Source of the DNA: a virus
Reading direction: 5' to 3' (one strand)
IMG/VR virus record: IMGVR_UViG_3300035180_000246
Location: 9,859 to 73,858 of that record
Length of the DNA stretch: 64,000 nucleotides
Positions 1 to 9,869 of the stretch are shown piece by piece; position 1 is the stretch's first letter; each line of letters begins with the position of its first letter. Under the pieces are notes generated by a model, which was not told the origin of the DNA, did no database searches, and worked only from the letters and a program-made list of their open reading frames with translations. The position numbers and the translations under genes were made by a program.

Positions 1-46
1 CTGCGTGTCTCTTGGGACAAGATGCTTTACATTAAGCGATACCCCC
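1..46 (-). ncRNA. tRNA-like element, 5' part only (runs off the window edge), with an anticodon loop of only 3 nt
   Basis: Minus strand reads GGGGGTA-TC-GCTT-AATGTA-AAGC-A-TCTTG-TCC-CAAGA-GACAC-GCAG: 7-nt acceptor strand, U8, 4-bp D stem, 5-bp anticodon stem, 5-nt variable loop and start of a T stem. The T loop and CCA end lie outside the window. Confidence 0.5.
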
Positions 47-128
47 GTAGGTAAGCTAGTTTGAGAAACCTAAACTAGCAAACGGTTATAGCAAAGCTAT
101 TTAACCCATAGCTGGGGGTACTAATAGA

Positions 129-2363
129 TTACAATTTACATGCTCCACCAGCACAACCATCATCACTATCTTGGTTATTACCGTCACGAGTGTTATGGTA
201 ATAGAGGGCTTTGATACCTAGCTTGTAAGTAGTAATTAAATCACGAATCAAGATGTTCATGGGAACTTTTTCCCCTTCAAACCGCATCGGATCATAGTTA
301 GTATTAGCAGATACCGATTGATCGATAAATTTCTGCATAATAGCAACAATCTCCAAATAGCCTGTATTATCAGGAATATCCCATAAAAGCTCATAGTTAA
401 CAGTACCTACATCTGGAACTACTTGATTGTATGTACCAGACTTACTCGCTTTAACGGATACAAGACCTCTAGGAGGTTCTATACCGTTAGTTGAGTTAGT
501 TACTGCAGAACTAGTCTCACAAGGCATCTGAGCAGTTACAGTAGAGTTACGTAAACCGTGAGTTGCAATATTCCTACGTAACAGCTCCCAATCCAATAAA
601 AGTTCTTGTGTATGGACAGTATCTACATCTTTCTTGTAACGGTCAATAGGTAGAACGTTTTGCGAATATGATGTATTCCGATAGTATTCACAAGCACCTA
701 CTTCAAAAGCTAATGTATTACTAGCATCTAAAAGATAGTATTGGAGTGCTTCCATAGTTCTATGGACTAAGTTGTTAGCAGAACCGTTGGAATAGTAAAC
801 ACCATTCTTTGCTAGATAGTAAGCAAAGTTAGTTACACCAATACCAAGTGATCTACGAGATTTAGCTTTTAAAGCCGCTTCTTCAGGATAATCTTGATAG
901 TCTAATAGTGCATCTAAACCTCTAACTAGTAAGTCAGATAAGTGTGCTAATTCATGCAACTCATCAATAGCACCTAAATTAATAGCTGCTAATGTGCATA
1001 GAGCAATCTCTTCATCTTCTGTACCCATCGGTTTAGTAGGTAAAGTGATTTCCATACACAGATTGGATTGCTTAATTGGATCTACTTCAGCAATAAATGC
1101 ACTGTTAGTATTGCAGTGATCTACGTTCTGAATATAGATACGTCCTGTCTGAGCACGTTCTTGCATAAGAGCAGCAAATAAAGCAGAAGCTTTAATTACA
1201 TCTTTACGAATAGAAGTATCATGCTCATACTGAACATATAGACGTTCAAACTCATCTTGGTCTTGGAAGAAAGCATCGTACAATCCAGGCACATCACTAG
1301 GACTAAATAAAGTAATAACACCATTTGTTAACAAACGTTGATACATAAGCTTATTTAGTTGCACACCATAGTCACTACCTCGAATACGCGTCTCTTCAGT
1401 ACCTCTGTTATTTTTAAGTACTAACAGATCCATAATATCTAATCGCCACAGTGGGTAGAACATAGTAGCACTACCTCCACGAATAGCTCCCTGTGAACAG
1501 CTTTTAACAGCTGAATGGAAGTGTTTCATGAATGGAATTACGCCAGTATGTCTAGCATCTCCATTACGGATCTTAGAACCTTCAGTACGAATACGTCCTA
1601 CGTTAAGACCAATACCTGCCTTTTGAGAAATGTAGTTAATAACGGCTGCTGCTGTAGCATTAATTGATTTCAGAGAATCATCCGATTCAATTAATACACA
1701 TGAACTAAACTGACGTGTAGGAGTTCTTAAACCTCCCATAATCGGTGTAGGTAAGCTAATCTTATGAAGTGATACTGCATCATAGAAAGCTTTAACATAC
1801 ATCATTCTAATAACTTTAGAGTACTTACCAAACAATGTTGCAGCAATCATCATATAAGCTGCTTGTGGAGTCTCATAATGTTGACCTGTAACACGATCTT
1901 GTACTAGATACTTAGTAAGTAGTTGGATTGTTGCAGCATAGCTGAATAAGAAATCTCGATCATAATCAATATGATCGGCTAACTCATTAAGCTCATCTGT
2001 AGAATACAATTCTAATACTTCTGGATCATACTTACCTAGATTAACGTTAGTTTTAACTACATCAGTAAAGTAAGTTGGGTTATTGCTGTTATGTACACGC
2101 TTTCTTAAAGCCATCATAGCAAGCTTAGCTGCCATATACTGATAGTCAGGCTCATGAACACTAATAAGATCAGCAGCTGACTTAATAAGTAACTCATGAA
2201 TGCTATCAGTACTGACACCATCAGCAAGCTGGATATGTGCTTTTAGAGCAACTTCGGATACAGATACATCTAATCCTTCTGCTGCCCATGAAAGTACATT
2301 TTCGATCTTCTTGATATCCAGTGGTTCTGATTCACCATTTCTTTTTAATACATTAATTATCAC
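129..2363 (-). CDS. nrdA: Ribonucleoside-diphosphate reductase class Ia alpha subunit
   Basis: N-terminal ATP cone (VLKRNG), LPTPIMGG, QFSSCVL, SNLCMEI catalytic motif, MPCETSS, LYY and C-terminal CAGGACKL redox pair. Confidence 0.98.
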   Translation of the reverse strand: MIINVLKRNGESEPLDIKKIENVLSWAAEGLDVSVSEVALKAHIQLADGVSTDSIHELLIKSAADLISVHEPDYQYMAAKLAMMALRKRVHNSNNPTYFTDVVKTNVNLGKYDPEVLELYSTDELNELADHIDYDRDFLFSYAATIQLLTKYLVQDRVTGQHYETPQAAYMMIAATLFGKYSKVIRMMYVKAFYDAVSLHKISLPTPIMGGLRTPTRQFSSCVLIESDDSLKSINATAAAVINYISQKAGIGLNVGRIRTEGSKIRNGDARHTGVIPFMKHFHSAVKSCSQGAIRGGSATMFYPLWRLDIMDLLVLKNNRGTEETRIRGSDYGVQLNKLMYQRLLTNGVITLFSPSDVPGLYDAFFQDQDEFERLYVQYEHDTSIRKDVIKASALFAALMQERAQTGRIYIQNVDHCNTNSAFIAEVDPIKQSNLCMEITLPTKPMGTEDEEIALCTLAAINLGAIDELHELAHLSDLLVRGLDALLDYQDYPEEAALKAKSRRSLGIGVTNFAYYLAKNGVYYSNGSANNLVHRTMEALQYYLLDASNTLAFEVGACEYYRNTSYSQNVLPIDRYKKDVDTVHTQELLLDWELLRRNIATHGLRNSTVTAQMPCETSSAVTNSTNGIEPPRGLVSVKASKSGTYNQVVPDVGTVNYELLWDIPDNTGYLEIVAIMQKFIDQSVSANTNYDPMRFEGEKVPMNILIRDLITTYKLGIKALYYHNTRDGNNQDSDDGCAGGACKL

Positions 2364-3454
2364 AAACTCATACCTCCAAATAAAGAACTGTCGATTGTAC
2401 TATCAACTGCACCTGTAAGGTAAGAGCTGATTTCTGTCTCTTGAGGAGCTACTTGTACTGTATCTGAATTTAAGTATTTGTTAATCCAGGGGATTGGATT
2501 CTTTTTCTTATCTCCAGAATAGTTTGTAACTACTCCGATAGCTTTCATACGGATGTCAGCTATATAACGGATATATTGTGTAAGAATTTCTGCATTAAGA
2601 CCAAGAACTGGACCTCTACTAAACAAGTATTCAGCCCAAGCTGTTTCCTGCTTAATTACAGCGTCCATAGTTGTTTTAATCCAAGTAGAGTTACCATTTG
2701 CTACACTAGCCCACAACTCTCCTTCAGAGCCATTTGCAAGCGTTGTAAGGATATGCTGAACTGCACTCATATGAAGACTTTCGTCTCTAGCAATAAGAGT
2801 GATGATCTTAGAGTTACCTTCCATCAGAGATCTTTCATTGAAACTAAATGAGCAGGCAAATGATACATAGAATCTAACTGATTCAAGTGCATACACACTG
2901 AACAAAGTTCTATATATTTGTGACATACATCTAATTGGACCAATCTCAGGTGTTTGATTCATTTTAATTAATAAATCGTACTCTTCCCCAACACTAGCAG
3001 CTCTTTCTAAAATCTCCTCAATAGAGGTAATCTGATCAAGTACTTCACTAGGATTAGGGTACACATTACGGATAATGTGGGTGTAACTCCTACTATGGAT
3101 AGTTTCACTAAATGCCCATGTTTCAATCCAAGTCTCTAATTCAGGTAAACTAACGATAGGTAGAAATGCTAAATTAGGACTACGACCTTGTACCGAATCT
3201 AAGAGGATTTGGTACTTTAGATTGCTAGTAAACATATGCTGTTCAGCTTCTGTAAGCTTATTGAAGTCATGCTTATCTTTAGTCAGATCAATCTCTTCTG
3301 GTCTCCAAAAGAAGCTTAATTGACGTTCTGTAAACTTATCAATCCAAGGATATTTCATGTCATCATATCGAGCTACATCTACACCTTCACCTAGAAACAT
3401 TGGCTGCTCTAGGTGGGATACTGCTGTCGGTCTAAATACACTCATCATGCCCAC
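2360..3454 (-). CDS. nrdB: Ribonucleoside-diphosphate reductase class Ia beta subunit
   Basis: FFWRPEEIDL, LLDSVQGR, ETIHSRSY, LESVRFYVSF, RDESLH, QVAPQETEISSY. Confidence 0.98.
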   Translation of the reverse strand: MGMMSVFRPTAVSHLEQPMFLGEGVDVARYDDMKYPWIDKFTERQLSFFWRPEEIDLTKDKHDFNKLTEAEQHMFTSNLKYQILLDSVQGRSPNLAFLPIVSLPELETWIETWAFSETIHSRSYTHIIRNVYPNPSEVLDQITSIEEILERAASVGEEYDLLIKMNQTPEIGPIRCMSQIYRTLFSVYALESVRFYVSFACSFSFNERSLMEGNSKIITLIARDESLHMSAVQHILTTLANGSEGELWASVANGNSTWIKTTMDAVIKQETAWAEYLFSRGPVLGLNAEILTQYIRYIADIRMKAIGVVTNYSGDKKKNPIPWINKYLNSDTVQVAPQETEISSYLTGAVDSTIDSSLFGGMSL

Positions 3455-3696
3455 TCATCTGCATTGTGTTTTTGTATGTTAGAAGCTTTAGTTTGCTCTA
3501 ACTCAATCAACAGTTGCACATAGTGGATGATCTTGTGTAAGTCTTGTGTACCATTCTTATTACGCCATCGAGTAATATACTTAATAACATTCCCTTCAAT
3601 ATAAGGGATATTATTAGCAGTAATATACTCTACAGGCTGAATAACTAGATTTTTGTAGTGATCTCCACCTACTTGGTTACTGAATGCTGTTGTCAT
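3445..3696 (-). CDS. DUF3310 / SaV-like protein (T7 gp1.7 nucleotide-kinase-like)
   Basis: QVGGDHY..IQPVEYI..GNVIKYITRW..KNG..DL.K..HY pattern. Confidence 0.85.
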   Translation of the reverse strand: MTTAFSNQVGGDHYKNLVIQPVEYITANNIPYIEGNVIKYITRWRNKNGTQDLHKIIHYVQLLIELEQTKASNIQKHNADEWA

Positions 3697-4300
3697 TATT
3701 TGTATCCTTTAAAGCAAGACTGAAATCAGGTCCACGATAGTTAGTTACAGATTTAAGAATCTTACCTTTATGGTAAGTTTTACCGTTAATATCAGTACAA
3801 TCTCTAGTAACTTTAACAAACCATAGACCTGATTTTGTATCGAATAGTGCTTCTGTTTTAATGTTTAGAGTAGCATAGTGAGCTACAGTATTAGATGCTT
3901 CAGTCATATCTTTATCAAATTTACTTAGATTTGATTCAACCACTACATCTAAACAGTACTCGATGATATCTTGTGTAGTATCTACCAATGAGATTAGACC
4001 TTGTAAAGTGAAAAAAGCTTTCGTAGGGATACTTACATCTTGTAAGTGAGCTTTTAATAAGATTATTGTGACATACACAAATACACAGTCACCAATGCCG
4101 TCTAAAATTTCAACCTGATTGTGGGATACACAAGCAGAATATAATTCTTCAACTTCTTCATCAAGCTGTCTGTACTGATTCTGTAATGCTTCTTCAGGAT
4201 GATCATACATACCCGTAATCCGCATAAAAGTGTCAATTCTATCCTCATCCTGTGCGTAATCAAAATCCGTAGTATTTTCTAGTTGTGGTTCGTGTGCCAT
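3677..4300 (-). CDS. MazG-like / PRA-PH-like nucleotide pyrophosphohydrolase
   Basis: EEVEEL...EILDGIGDCVFV, VVESNLSKF and GKILKS..Y..PD motifs. Confidence 0.85.
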   Translation of the reverse strand: MAHEPQLENTTDFDYAQDEDRIDTFMRITGMYDHPEEALQNQYRQLDEEVEELYSACVSHNQVEILDGIGDCVFVYVTIILLKAHLQDVSIPTKAFFTLQGLISLVDTTQDIIEYCLDVVVESNLSKFDKDMTEASNTVAHYATLNIKTEALFDTKSGLWFVKVTRDCTDINGKTYHKGKILKSVTNYRGPDFSLALKDTNNDNSIQ

Positions 4301-4315
4301 AAGCAGTTTCCTTTT

Positions 4316-5287
4316 TTAACAGTTGGTATAATCAAAGTTTTGTAAATATAGCTCAGCATATCGTTTATCAGTACTAAGAATATCGTGAATGTCGTTAGCT
4401 ACATCTTGGATTTCAAGTTGAGCATGGGAATCTGTGCGGCTAATTATCAATTTAGCCCAAGAAGCGATAGACCCAGTAAAGATAATACTAGTCTCCATAG
4501 CTTGAGGTAATACAAATCTGGCTTGCTCAGGTGCTACACCATCAGCAATCATGTTATCATACAAAGCTAAATCTTCTTTATAGCTATACTGCATAGCATT
4601 GATCCACATAGTACTATTAGGATGCTCTCCAGCACTACCTTGTTTAACACTACCTTCTGGTTTAGAACGTAGCGAATCAAATAGATGTACTGTAGGACTA
4701 GCAGATACATATCTACGACTAATCTCATTAGTATCAAACATGCGGTGTGTAAATAGTTGTCGAGCTACAGGAATAGCACATGTAATACGTAAGCTTACAT
4801 CTACCATTTCAGCTGTTAAAGATGAACTAGAATTAGGAATATATCTTTCACGCTGTGCTGGCAAAACCAAATCCGCATTATAAGTTAACTTATAAGCTTC
4901 ATTTACATATTTCAAAGTACTCATATCTAAGAGTAATTTAGCAATACGATTACTGGCGAGATTGTTTAGTTGTCCTGATTGGATTAAACGAACCCATCCG
5001 TAATAAGAGGTACGAAACAGTAATGTCTGTTCTGCTTTAGAATAATCCCATACAGCTCCTCTTAACAATGTTGGATCTGTGATAACTTTAAAGTCGATAT
5101 CATTTTCATTAAGTAAGAATGTAAGCCTTACGTGGAAGAATGGACTAATGTGTTTATTAGTAGCAAGATATTTAATCAATCCTGCATCTCGTTCTTGAGG
5201 TTCTGTGCTCCACTTATCGAAACTAACTCTAGCTACATTTGCGATAAATGTATCATCTTGAGTATTTTCAAGTAATTCTACTTTCAT
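4316..5287 (-). CDS. thyX: FAD-dependent thymidylate synthase ThyX with an internal insertion
   Basis: IANVARVSF, LIKYL..NKHISPF, VARQLFTHR..NEISRRY, GVAPEQARFVLPQ, HAQLEIQ. Confidence 0.93.
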   Translation of the reverse strand: MKVELLENTQDDTFIANVARVSFDKWSTEPQERDAGLIKYLATNKHISPFFHVRLTFLLNENDIDFKVITDPTLLRGAVWDYSKAEQTLLFRTSYYGWVRLIQSGQLNNLASNRIAKLLLDMSTLKYVNEAYKLTYNADLVLPAQRERYIPNSSSSLTAEMVDVSLRITCAIPVARQLFTHRMFDTNEISRRYVSASPTVHLFDSLRSKPEGSVKQGSAGEHPNSTMWINAMQYSYKEDLALYDNMIADGVAPEQARFVLPQAMETSIIFTGSIASWAKLIISRTDSHAQLEIQDVANDIHDILSTDKRYAELYLQNFDYTNC

Positions 5288-6045
5288 TTATTTTCCTTTA
5301 GTCTGTTAGCTCTGTATTGTTCAAGTTCTTCGTATGTATCAAAGTACGTATTAATGTGAGCACGATCATCACCAATAGATTTTAGATAGTGTGCTACAAG
5401 TTTTTTAAAGTCTGATGCTTCTAGTAATCTAGTTAACCTTACATCTATAATAGTGTTATCAAGATAAGCTTGTATGTCTGAAATGTAAGCAATCACACTA
5501 TGATTACTAGTACTAGGATTTAACCTCTTATTATTACTACGCATAGATACCAATTCTTGCATATTATTTTTAATCCAAGAATTGACATATTTGATGTCAA
5601 TAACAGTATGTACCCATTTGTGTTCCAAAGGTGTTAGTAAATTGCCTGAAATATCCCAAGTCATGTTTCCAGATCTGAGGTTTAAAGCAATATACGTTTT
5701 TGTTACATAATCTTTTTGTGTAACTGGATTTACGAATATAAGTCTGATAATTTTTTCGTTATTAAAACTGGCAATGTATTCAATACCCGCTGGAATATGG
5801 ATAATATCTAATACACTTGGAAAATAGTTTTTAACTAGTGTAAAGGAATCCTGCGTAGAAATTGATACTAAACAGTCTCTGTAGTACTGTTTAATTAAGT
5901 CTGTATCTCTACTGTACTTAAATACACATCTGTCTTTTACAGTACTTGTTGTAGAAACCATCTCAGATACGTTTATACGATCCATAATACTATTATTATA
6001 GTTATTCAAATAACTTTCAAATGTATTTGTTATTTTTAATTGCAT
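5284..6045 (-). CDS. Hypothetical protein
   Basis: 253-aa ORF with an AGGA ribosome-binding site; overlaps the thyX start. Confidence 0.8.
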   Translation of the reverse strand: MQLKITNTFESYLNNYNNSIMDRINVSEMVSTTSTVKDRCVFKYSRDTDLIKQYYRDCLVSISTQDSFTLVKNYFPSVLDIIHIPAGIEYIASFNNEKIIRLIFVNPVTQKDYVTKTYIALNLRSGNMTWDISGNLLTPLEHKWVHTVIDIKYVNSWIKNNMQELVSMRSNNKRLNPSTSNHSVIAYISDIQAYLDNTIIDVRLTRLLEASDFKKLVAHYLKSIGDDRAHINTYFDTYEELEQYRANRLKENK

Positions 6046-6095
6046 GTTTTGATTCCTGTTTATTAAGATTTATTTTAGAAATGATACTAACTGTT

Positions 6096-6233
6096 TTAAG
6101 AGAGTTTTCCTAAAACAAAACCGATTACTAATGCCAATGTAATTGTAATTCTGTTAAAGACTATAGCCTGTTTTAGTTGGTTTTCTAAGTTAACTACTTT
6201 TTGTTTAAGAGTTGTTCTGGTTGCTCTGTACAT
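6096..6233 (-). CDS. Small membrane-anchored protein (45 aa, not in the ORF track)
   Basis: MYRATRTTLKQKVVNLENQLKQAIVFNRITITLALVIGFVLGKLS; AAGGA upstream; fills an intergenic gap. Confidence 0.65.
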   Translation of the reverse strand: MYRATRTTLKQKVVNLENQLKQAIVFNRITITLALVIGFVLGKLS

Positions 6234-6448
6234 TCGGTTACTTCCTTTTCTTTACAGCTATCGCATTTCCAACCTTTAACCATATTTTTATCTGTTCTAG
6301 GTTGGTATGACTTGCAAGATTCACAATAGCGTAATGACCTATTAAAATTAAGTGTGTACATTTTGATTACTGGTTTAGATTTGGTAATGATGTACTTATG
6401 TACGTCCATTTCATGTGCATACTTACGTTGCATATTAGTAACGTTCAA
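6194..6448 (-). CDS. Zn-ribbon hypothetical protein
   Basis: CESC...CDSC. Confidence 0.65.
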   Translation of the reverse strand: MNVTNMQRKYAHEMDVHKYIITKSKPVIKMYTLNFNRSLRYCESCKSYQPRTDKNMVKGWKCDSCKEKEVTECTEQPEQLLNKK

Positions 6449-6824
6449 TATGTCGTGCTACATACCAACGGCAGTCAGAATTATCACTAGATATTGTTGT
6501 AATATCAGAGTAATCTTCACCTACAGTGATTAATTCATGAGCTATTTGTATACCCAATTTCTGTAATACCTCAAGTTCGGCAATTAAAGCATCTATAATT
6601 TCTTCACGCCAATGGTATTTAATACACCCTGAATAGAATAGTATTGATTCACTTTCTAAGGATAGATCTGTATTTAGATCCAAATTACTACTTTCTAGCC
6701 TAATCGCAAACTTATCTATCGTGTCTTTGAGCGTTAGTGCAATAGTTGCTTCTACAGCTGACTTTTCTTCCTCAGTTTTAGCTACTGAGTAGACGTCTAA
6801 TACCACATCTGTGTAATATCCCAT
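6435..6824 (-). CDS. Hypothetical phage protein
   Basis: GAGGTGA ribosome-binding site; MGYYTDV start and ITVGEDYSD segment resemble a common phage family. Confidence 0.75.
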   Translation of the reverse strand: MGYYTDVVLDVYSVAKTEEEKSAVEATIALTLKDTIDKFAIRLESSNLDLNTDLSLESESILFYSGCIKYHWREEIIDALIAELEVLQKLGIQIAHELITVGEDYSDITTISSDNSDCRWYVARHIERY

Positions 6825-6843
6825 ATAATCACCTCAAGTGTAT

Positions 6844-7101
6844 TTAGTTGGTTTGTTTATTGGATACATACGGTGGTAAGTCTTCTAATAATCCAGATAA
6901 GAACTGAGAAGTCATAACGATCTCATATTCAGCATCTTCCAGGTATTCTTCATCTTCTTCGGACATATAAATAGCTTGTACTGTAGAGATAGCATTCTGT
7001 AATCGTGCAAAACGATTAGGTAAGAATTGGCGCATCTCTTGAAGTTCTAATTCGATAATCTGCTCTACTTGCAGTAAAGCTTTACGTTGTTCATTGTTCA
7101 T
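6844..7101 (-). CDS. Hypothetical acidic protein
   Basis: 85-aa ORF tightly packed in the operon. Confidence 0.7.
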   Translation of the reverse strand: MNNEQRKALLQVEQIIELELQEMRQFLPNRFARLQNAISTVQAIYMSEEDEEYLEDAEYEIVMTSQFLSGLLEDLPPYVSNKQTN

Positions 7102-7112
7102 GTTGATTCCAT

Positions 7113-7475
7113 TTAGGTTCTGGTTATTGATTTATGTAGGCTGATTATCATACCAACAGTTAAAATGTTGCTAGGACCCTCTACTTGATGTTCTGTTTCC
7201 GCAGTATACATTACGTTCTTAGAGTAGATAGTACAGTAACCATGTAGTTTAAAAACTTGATCTCCTAACGAGTTTTCCAGCATAGTAAAAAACTCTAATA
7301 GAGGAGATTTCCATACTTCAGCTATACTAAAGTCTTTAAGTAATGATCTGCGGATGTTATTAATAACACGAGTATCAAAATGTACTATATAAGTGTGTAA
7401 ATCTACGGGTTGTCCTAAAGCTTTTAATACTTCAAAGTATTCGGTTAACTCTTTAACTTGCTGATTGTATTTCAA
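7113..7475 (-). CDS. Hypothetical protein
   Basis: TTG start preceded by AAGGAG. Confidence 0.7.
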   Translation of the reverse strand: MKYNQQVKELTEYFEVLKALGQPVDLHTYIVHFDTRVINNIRRSLLKDFSIAEVWKSPLLEFFTMLENSLGDQVFKLHGYCTIYSKNVMYTAETEHQVEGPSNILTVGMIISLHKSITRT

Positions 7476-7893
7476 GGTTGTACTCCTTAACTGCTGTTAT
7501 AAGTTGATTCCTTACTAAATCCTCATGTATTACAGTTTTAAGTTTATTCAGCAATACCAGTATAGTTATAAAGTGGTGGTATAAGAAGAAGTGTGTTGGT
7601 GCAGGTGCATCTGGTGTAGGTACTCCAAAAATAGAAGCTTCTACTAATTCAGGTATAGACCTATCTAAATAGCACTCATCTTTGAATACCTGCCTAAGTC
7701 TGTGCATAGCTACAGTGGTGTACCCCATAATAGTAGATCCCTGCTTCATAGGTATGAGCAATTCGTACTGACTTCTGGATATGTTATAAAGTTCTCCGTG
7801 AGGTATTACACCCAACTTCACATAAACATCTAGATGCTGTATGGTTTCAATATACAGCTCTGCAAATGTTTTAATCTTTGATTTACATTTCAA
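7453..7893 (-). CDS. Hypothetical protein
   Basis: 146-aa ORF overlapping both neighbours. Confidence 0.7.
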   Translation of the reverse strand: MKCKSKIKTFAELYIETIQHLDVYVKLGVIPHGELYNISRSQYELLIPMKQGSTIMGYTTVAMHRLRQVFKDECYLDRSIPELVEASIFGVPTPDAPAPTHFFLYHHFITILVLLNKLKTVIHEDLVRNQLITAVKEYNLEIQSAS

Positions 7894-8992
7894 TAATAGT
7901 CCCCTTCTTAATATAACTACTTGTACCTCCTGGGATAATTAGGAAGATAGTATTATCTTGAGGGGGTGTGTAATTAGAAAAATAACCATCTGTAAGAATG
8001 ATAGTGATACTTTCATCTTTCATGTACTCATCTAAACATGTAGGATCAGTACCTCCTCCTCCCATAGGCATTAAGTCCTCTTTAATAGAACTATAGTGGT
8101 TAGGGTCGATAGACTGCACATGAGATGCTGTATCCCACCAGATAACATCTAAACTCTCTGGAGGCATTGAGGAAGCTAAATAAGCTACTTCACTAGCAGC
8201 TTCTGCAATAGTCTCTTCTGTAATAGATCCAGAAGTATCAATACAGAAATTGACATGCTTAGCAGCCATAGATACAGTTCCAGGTAAGTAGAAGCCCATA
8301 GATAGGTACACAGTGTTTACTCGTGACCAACTAGTATCATCTTTACCAGGTACTGTTGTAGACCACTCAGCTTGTAGTAGTTCCTTCCAATCTCGTTTAA
8401 CTGCTAAAGCATTCTGTAAATCTCTAGCACGATTAGCTGGTAACATTCCTGCAGCTTGTCGAATAGCTAAATCTAATTCATTAGAATCTTTAGCAGATAA
8501 AGCTGCACCATGTTGATGCTCATCAGCACCATTACCAGATCCTGGTTGATCATCATCATCACTCTCAGGATCTACTTCAATTACATGAAATACTTGAGGA
8601 GTGCTCATACCAGTATAATCAAAGTTAGTCTCATAGCCAGAAGGCAATTCTACTTTGAATGTGATAGAGTTCTGAACAATTTCGTTATTAACTACAAGAT
8701 CCATAGCTTTATCAGCTTTCTTCTTATCTAGACGTACTAGACCTTCCCATAAATGCATATGTTGATATGCTTTATGTAAGCCTTCGTGTAATAGGATAAA
8801 GTTGATCTCTTGATCTGAATGGCTATCTAACCATTCTGGATTATAGAGTACATCTAAACCATCTGTTTTAATGGTTTTGGTATCTTCACTTGGTACTAAT
8901 TTACCAGTTTTTAATACACCACCTAGAAATCCCCAATCAGGGGACATCATAATTCCTACCAATGACTTGGTAACACGTTGTTCAATCTTCAT
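7883..8992 (-). CDS. Metallopeptidase-like / VWA domain protein (DUF2201 type, N4 gp25-like)
   Basis: TDGLDVLYNP, FILLHEGLHKAYQH (HEXXH), VWA MIDAS CIDTSGSI, GGGGTD, LTDGY. Confidence 0.9.
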   Translation of the reverse strand: MKIEQRVTKSLVGIMMSPDWGFLGGVLKTGKLVPSEDTKTIKTDGLDVLYNPEWLDSHSDQEINFILLHEGLHKAYQHMHLWEGLVRLDKKKADKAMDLVVNNEIVQNSITFKVELPSGYETNFDYTGMSTPQVFHVIEVDPESDDDDQPGSGNGADEHQHGAALSAKDSNELDLAIRQAAGMLPANRARDLQNALAVKRDWKELLQAEWSTTVPGKDDTSWSRVNTVYLSMGFYLPGTVSMAAKHVNFCIDTSGSITEETIAEAASEVAYLASSMPPESLDVIWWDTASHVQSIDPNHYSSIKEDLMPMGGGGTDPTCLDEYMKDESITIILTDGYFSNYTPPQDNTIFLIIPGGTSSYIKKGTIIEM

Positions 8993-9509
8993 GATTAATG
9001 ATTCCTTTTTTCTTCTTTATGTAGTACAGATGCATCTGTCTTAACCTTTTTATATTTTTAGGTAAAACAGTACCTGCATTAACTAGATGAAGTACAGTAT
9101 ACGCAGCTAGTGCTGGAGATGGGGAATCTAACACTTTATTAAAGATAAATTCAGCAATATCGAAATTAACCAATTCTTCAAGACCATAACCATAGTGGAA
9201 TATGTTGTATATCTGCTCCTCAGCTTCCCAAATAAACTTGTAATAAGTTAAGTTATGTAGTTGAGTTATAGATAAGTCTTGCTGACTATAATAAGTTGAA
9301 GCTAGTAAATTCTGTGAAAATACGTCTTCATATCCTGCTAACACATCTTTAGTAATTGCAGCTATATCCATATCAGTTATATGTTTCTTACTCGTAACAT
9401 ATACCCATAGGTAGTATGTATTACGAGCTTGTGTATACGTTCCTGATAGTGATAGATAATTCTCTAAAGAATCTTTAAGCTTCTTTACTGTCTGAACTCT
9501 CTGAGTCAT
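8982..9509 (-). CDS. Hypothetical protein
   Basis: 175-aa ORF in the operon. Confidence 0.7.
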   Translation of the reverse strand: MTQRVQTVKKLKDSLENYLSLSGTYTQARNTYYLWVYVTSKKHITDMDIAAITKDVLAGYEDVFSQNLLASTYYSQQDLSITQLHNLTYYKFIWEAEEQIYNIFHYGYGLEELVNFDIAEFIFNKVLDSPSPALAAYTVLHLVNAGTVLPKNIKRLRQMHLYYIKKKKGIINHED

Positions 9510-9855
9510 TTAATAAATCCTCAAGAATTCCAATAACACCTGGGGCTACAAACATGTACTCATACTTGGTAATATCTACTTTAAACATTCCTAGTACTGA
9601 GCTAGTACGTCCAACAGCAGCGTTAGTACCTGTAAGTGTGGCTGTCTTATCTGTGCTAGGATCACCAGTAGTACCAACTAGTAATACATGACTCTCAGCT
9701 AGTAACTTATGTTCATCACATAGCTTAAAACCAAGCATATTATCACATTCTAAAGTATCTTTAAGACGCTTATCTAGTAGAACTACTTCACCATGCTCTT
9801 TACCGCAGTAGGGGCATACATAATGCCCCATACCTGCATGAGATTTATCACTCAT
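9475..9855 (-). CDS. Zn-finger-containing hypothetical protein
   Basis: CPYC...LCDEH; AAGGA ribosome-binding site. Confidence 0.75.
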   Translation of the reverse strand: MSDKSHAGMGHYVCPYCGKEHGEVVLLDKRLKDTLECDNMLGFKLCDEHKLLAESHVLLVGTTGDPSTDKTATLTGTNAAVGRTSSVLGMFKVDITKYEYMFVAPGVIGILEDLLNDSESSDSKEA

Positions 9856-9869
9856 AATAATTTCCTTAA

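Noticed and set aside
40-120. Hammerhead ribozyme or a complete tRNA in the three-way junction
   Set aside because: No CUGAnGA/GAAA core in the right arrangement and no T loop
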